A DNA stretch of 64,000 bases. It comes from Malacoraja senta (lineage: Eukaryota). The position numbers and the translations under genes were made by a program. Positions 62,623 through 64,000 of the stretch are shown piece by piece (position 1 is the stretch's first letter; every line of letters begins with the position of its first letter). The stretch covers positions 22,258,001 to 22,322,000 of the forward strand of contig CM075987.1 in NCBI GenBank assembly GCA_038087875.1, read 5' to 3'. The notes below the pieces were generated by a model, which worked only from the letters and a program-made list of their open reading frames with translations, did no database searches and was not told where the DNA came from.

Positions 62623-63534
62623 ATATCATCTATTCCTTCCCTCCACAGATGTTGCTTGACCCGCTGAGATCCTCCAGCACTTTGGGTTTTACACAAGGCG
62701 GCAGCATCTGCAGTTTCTTGTGTCTCCTATTTGCTCACAACTGAGACTCGATGAACTGTTTGTTGTTCAAGCCCAACCCTACATCTCACAGAGTGACCAC
62801 ATGAATACTTCATTCCTAGTCCAGGTGCCCCGAGGCCAGATTTAATGACTCTTCCACAGCCCCACCTGAGGTAACACTGGCACCACAATTTTGTCTCAGA
62901 AAGGTCACAATTGAAAGTATTGTTTAACAAAGCATAACACACATGCACTTACACACACGCATTAAAAAAAATTGTTTGTGAAGCACTGCATCAGATGTCA
63001 ACTGTGGCTAAGGGGGAATAGAGTAGCGCTCTTACCTCTGAGCCCAGGGTTTGTGGGATTAAGCCCCAGTCCAGATTTAAAATCAGACTCTCAGAGAGAT
63101 GTCTCACCTCGTGGATTTTATTATTTCTAAGAAGAGCTGTGTACGCAGCCTTGGTGCATTACCCAATGTTTATACCACAACCAACTTTGCCCAAACCAGA
63201 GATTATTTAGTCAATATAATATTTCTGCATGTCGAACTCTGCCGGGCTCTGTGTTATCTGCGTGCGCATGTGTTATCAAGCTGCCCGGAGAATGGGTTAA
63301 CAGGTTCTTTTCAACATCTATCAAGGGCTGCATCCTGATTTCTTCCCCCCCCCCCCCCCCCCCGTAGCATAGCAGCAGCCTCTTCATGGAGTGCATCTGG
63401 GCAGATCCAGGCGAGCAGCTGAGCCTTGCGAATGGGTCCTTGCCTAAGTCAGTGGCAGATGGATGGGGGTTTTGTGCATTCAACTCATTTAGTTAATGTC
63501 TAATCTATCAGCTATAGGGGAGATTGCTCAGTCC

Positions 63535-63536
<2 letters not shown>

Positions 63537-63565
<29 letters not shown>
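63537..63565 (+). repeat. (GT)n microsatellite
   Basis: Directly visible. Confidence 0.95.
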
Positions 63566-63569
<4 letters not shown>

Positions 63570-63775
63570 TGCATATTGCTTTGAATACAGACCATACACC
63601 AAAGGAAAATTGTGTTATTGGAGGAAAGAAACAAGCAAACAAATCTGGTTTTTTTTTTGTTAATTGAAGATTGAAGCTCTAACAGATCAACAGTGAACAT
63701 TTTTTTATAAAAGTATAATGGTTCTTATAAGTATAAAAGAGATGGGGGATTTAAGGAAAGAACTTTTGTTTTCAA

Positions 63776-63960
63776 AGGTTTGAAAGTTATTTTATTGTCA
63801 CGTTTACCAATTAAGGTACAGTGATATGTGAATTACTATACAGCCATACGGGAAAAAAAGCAACAAGACACACAACTACATAAAAGTTAACATAAACATC
63901 CACCACAGTGGATACCCCACATTCCTCACTGTGATGGAAGGTAAAAAAGTCCAATCTTGT
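63776..63960 (-). mobile_element. Non-autonomous Rex1-tailed element 3' end
   Basis: TTTATTGTCAC...CCAATTAAGGTACAGTGA and CACTGTGATGGAAGG...AAAGTCCA, similar to 7646-7870. Confidence 0.55.
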
Positions 63961-64000
63961 TCCTGCGGACTTGTCTGGTAATGATCACATTCTTTGCCCA

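Overview
Eukaryotic, vertebrate, CpG-poor, TE-rich DNA with two assembly gaps (5499-5690, 10647-10987). The repeat complement (tRNA-headed HE1/V-SINE-like SINEs, CR1 LINEs, Deu-domain SacSINE-like SINEs, Penelope-like elements, Rex1 and L2 LINEs) points to a cartilaginous fish, probably a skate or ray (inference). I found no host protein-coding exon; every recognisable ORF is a retroelement fragment (Rex1, L2, CR1, RTE, Penelope GIY-YIG, Gypsy pol), so this is probably intronic or intergenic sequence. The most notable structure is a family of more than 15 short Penelope-derived elements carrying a minimal hammerhead-ribozyme core (CTGANGA-stem II-GAAAC-GTH). Several are fold-back palindromes with 11-19 bp target-site duplications, and one has tandem and inverted ribozyme copies. 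Also present: two PIF/Harbinger MITEs with TAA TSDs, a Helitron-like element with internal minisatellites, an interstitial (TTAGGG)9 tract, and TE-free islands carrying RFX X-box or TALE motifs (candidate enhancers). Family names come from recognition, not database searches, and boundaries of old fragments are approximate.
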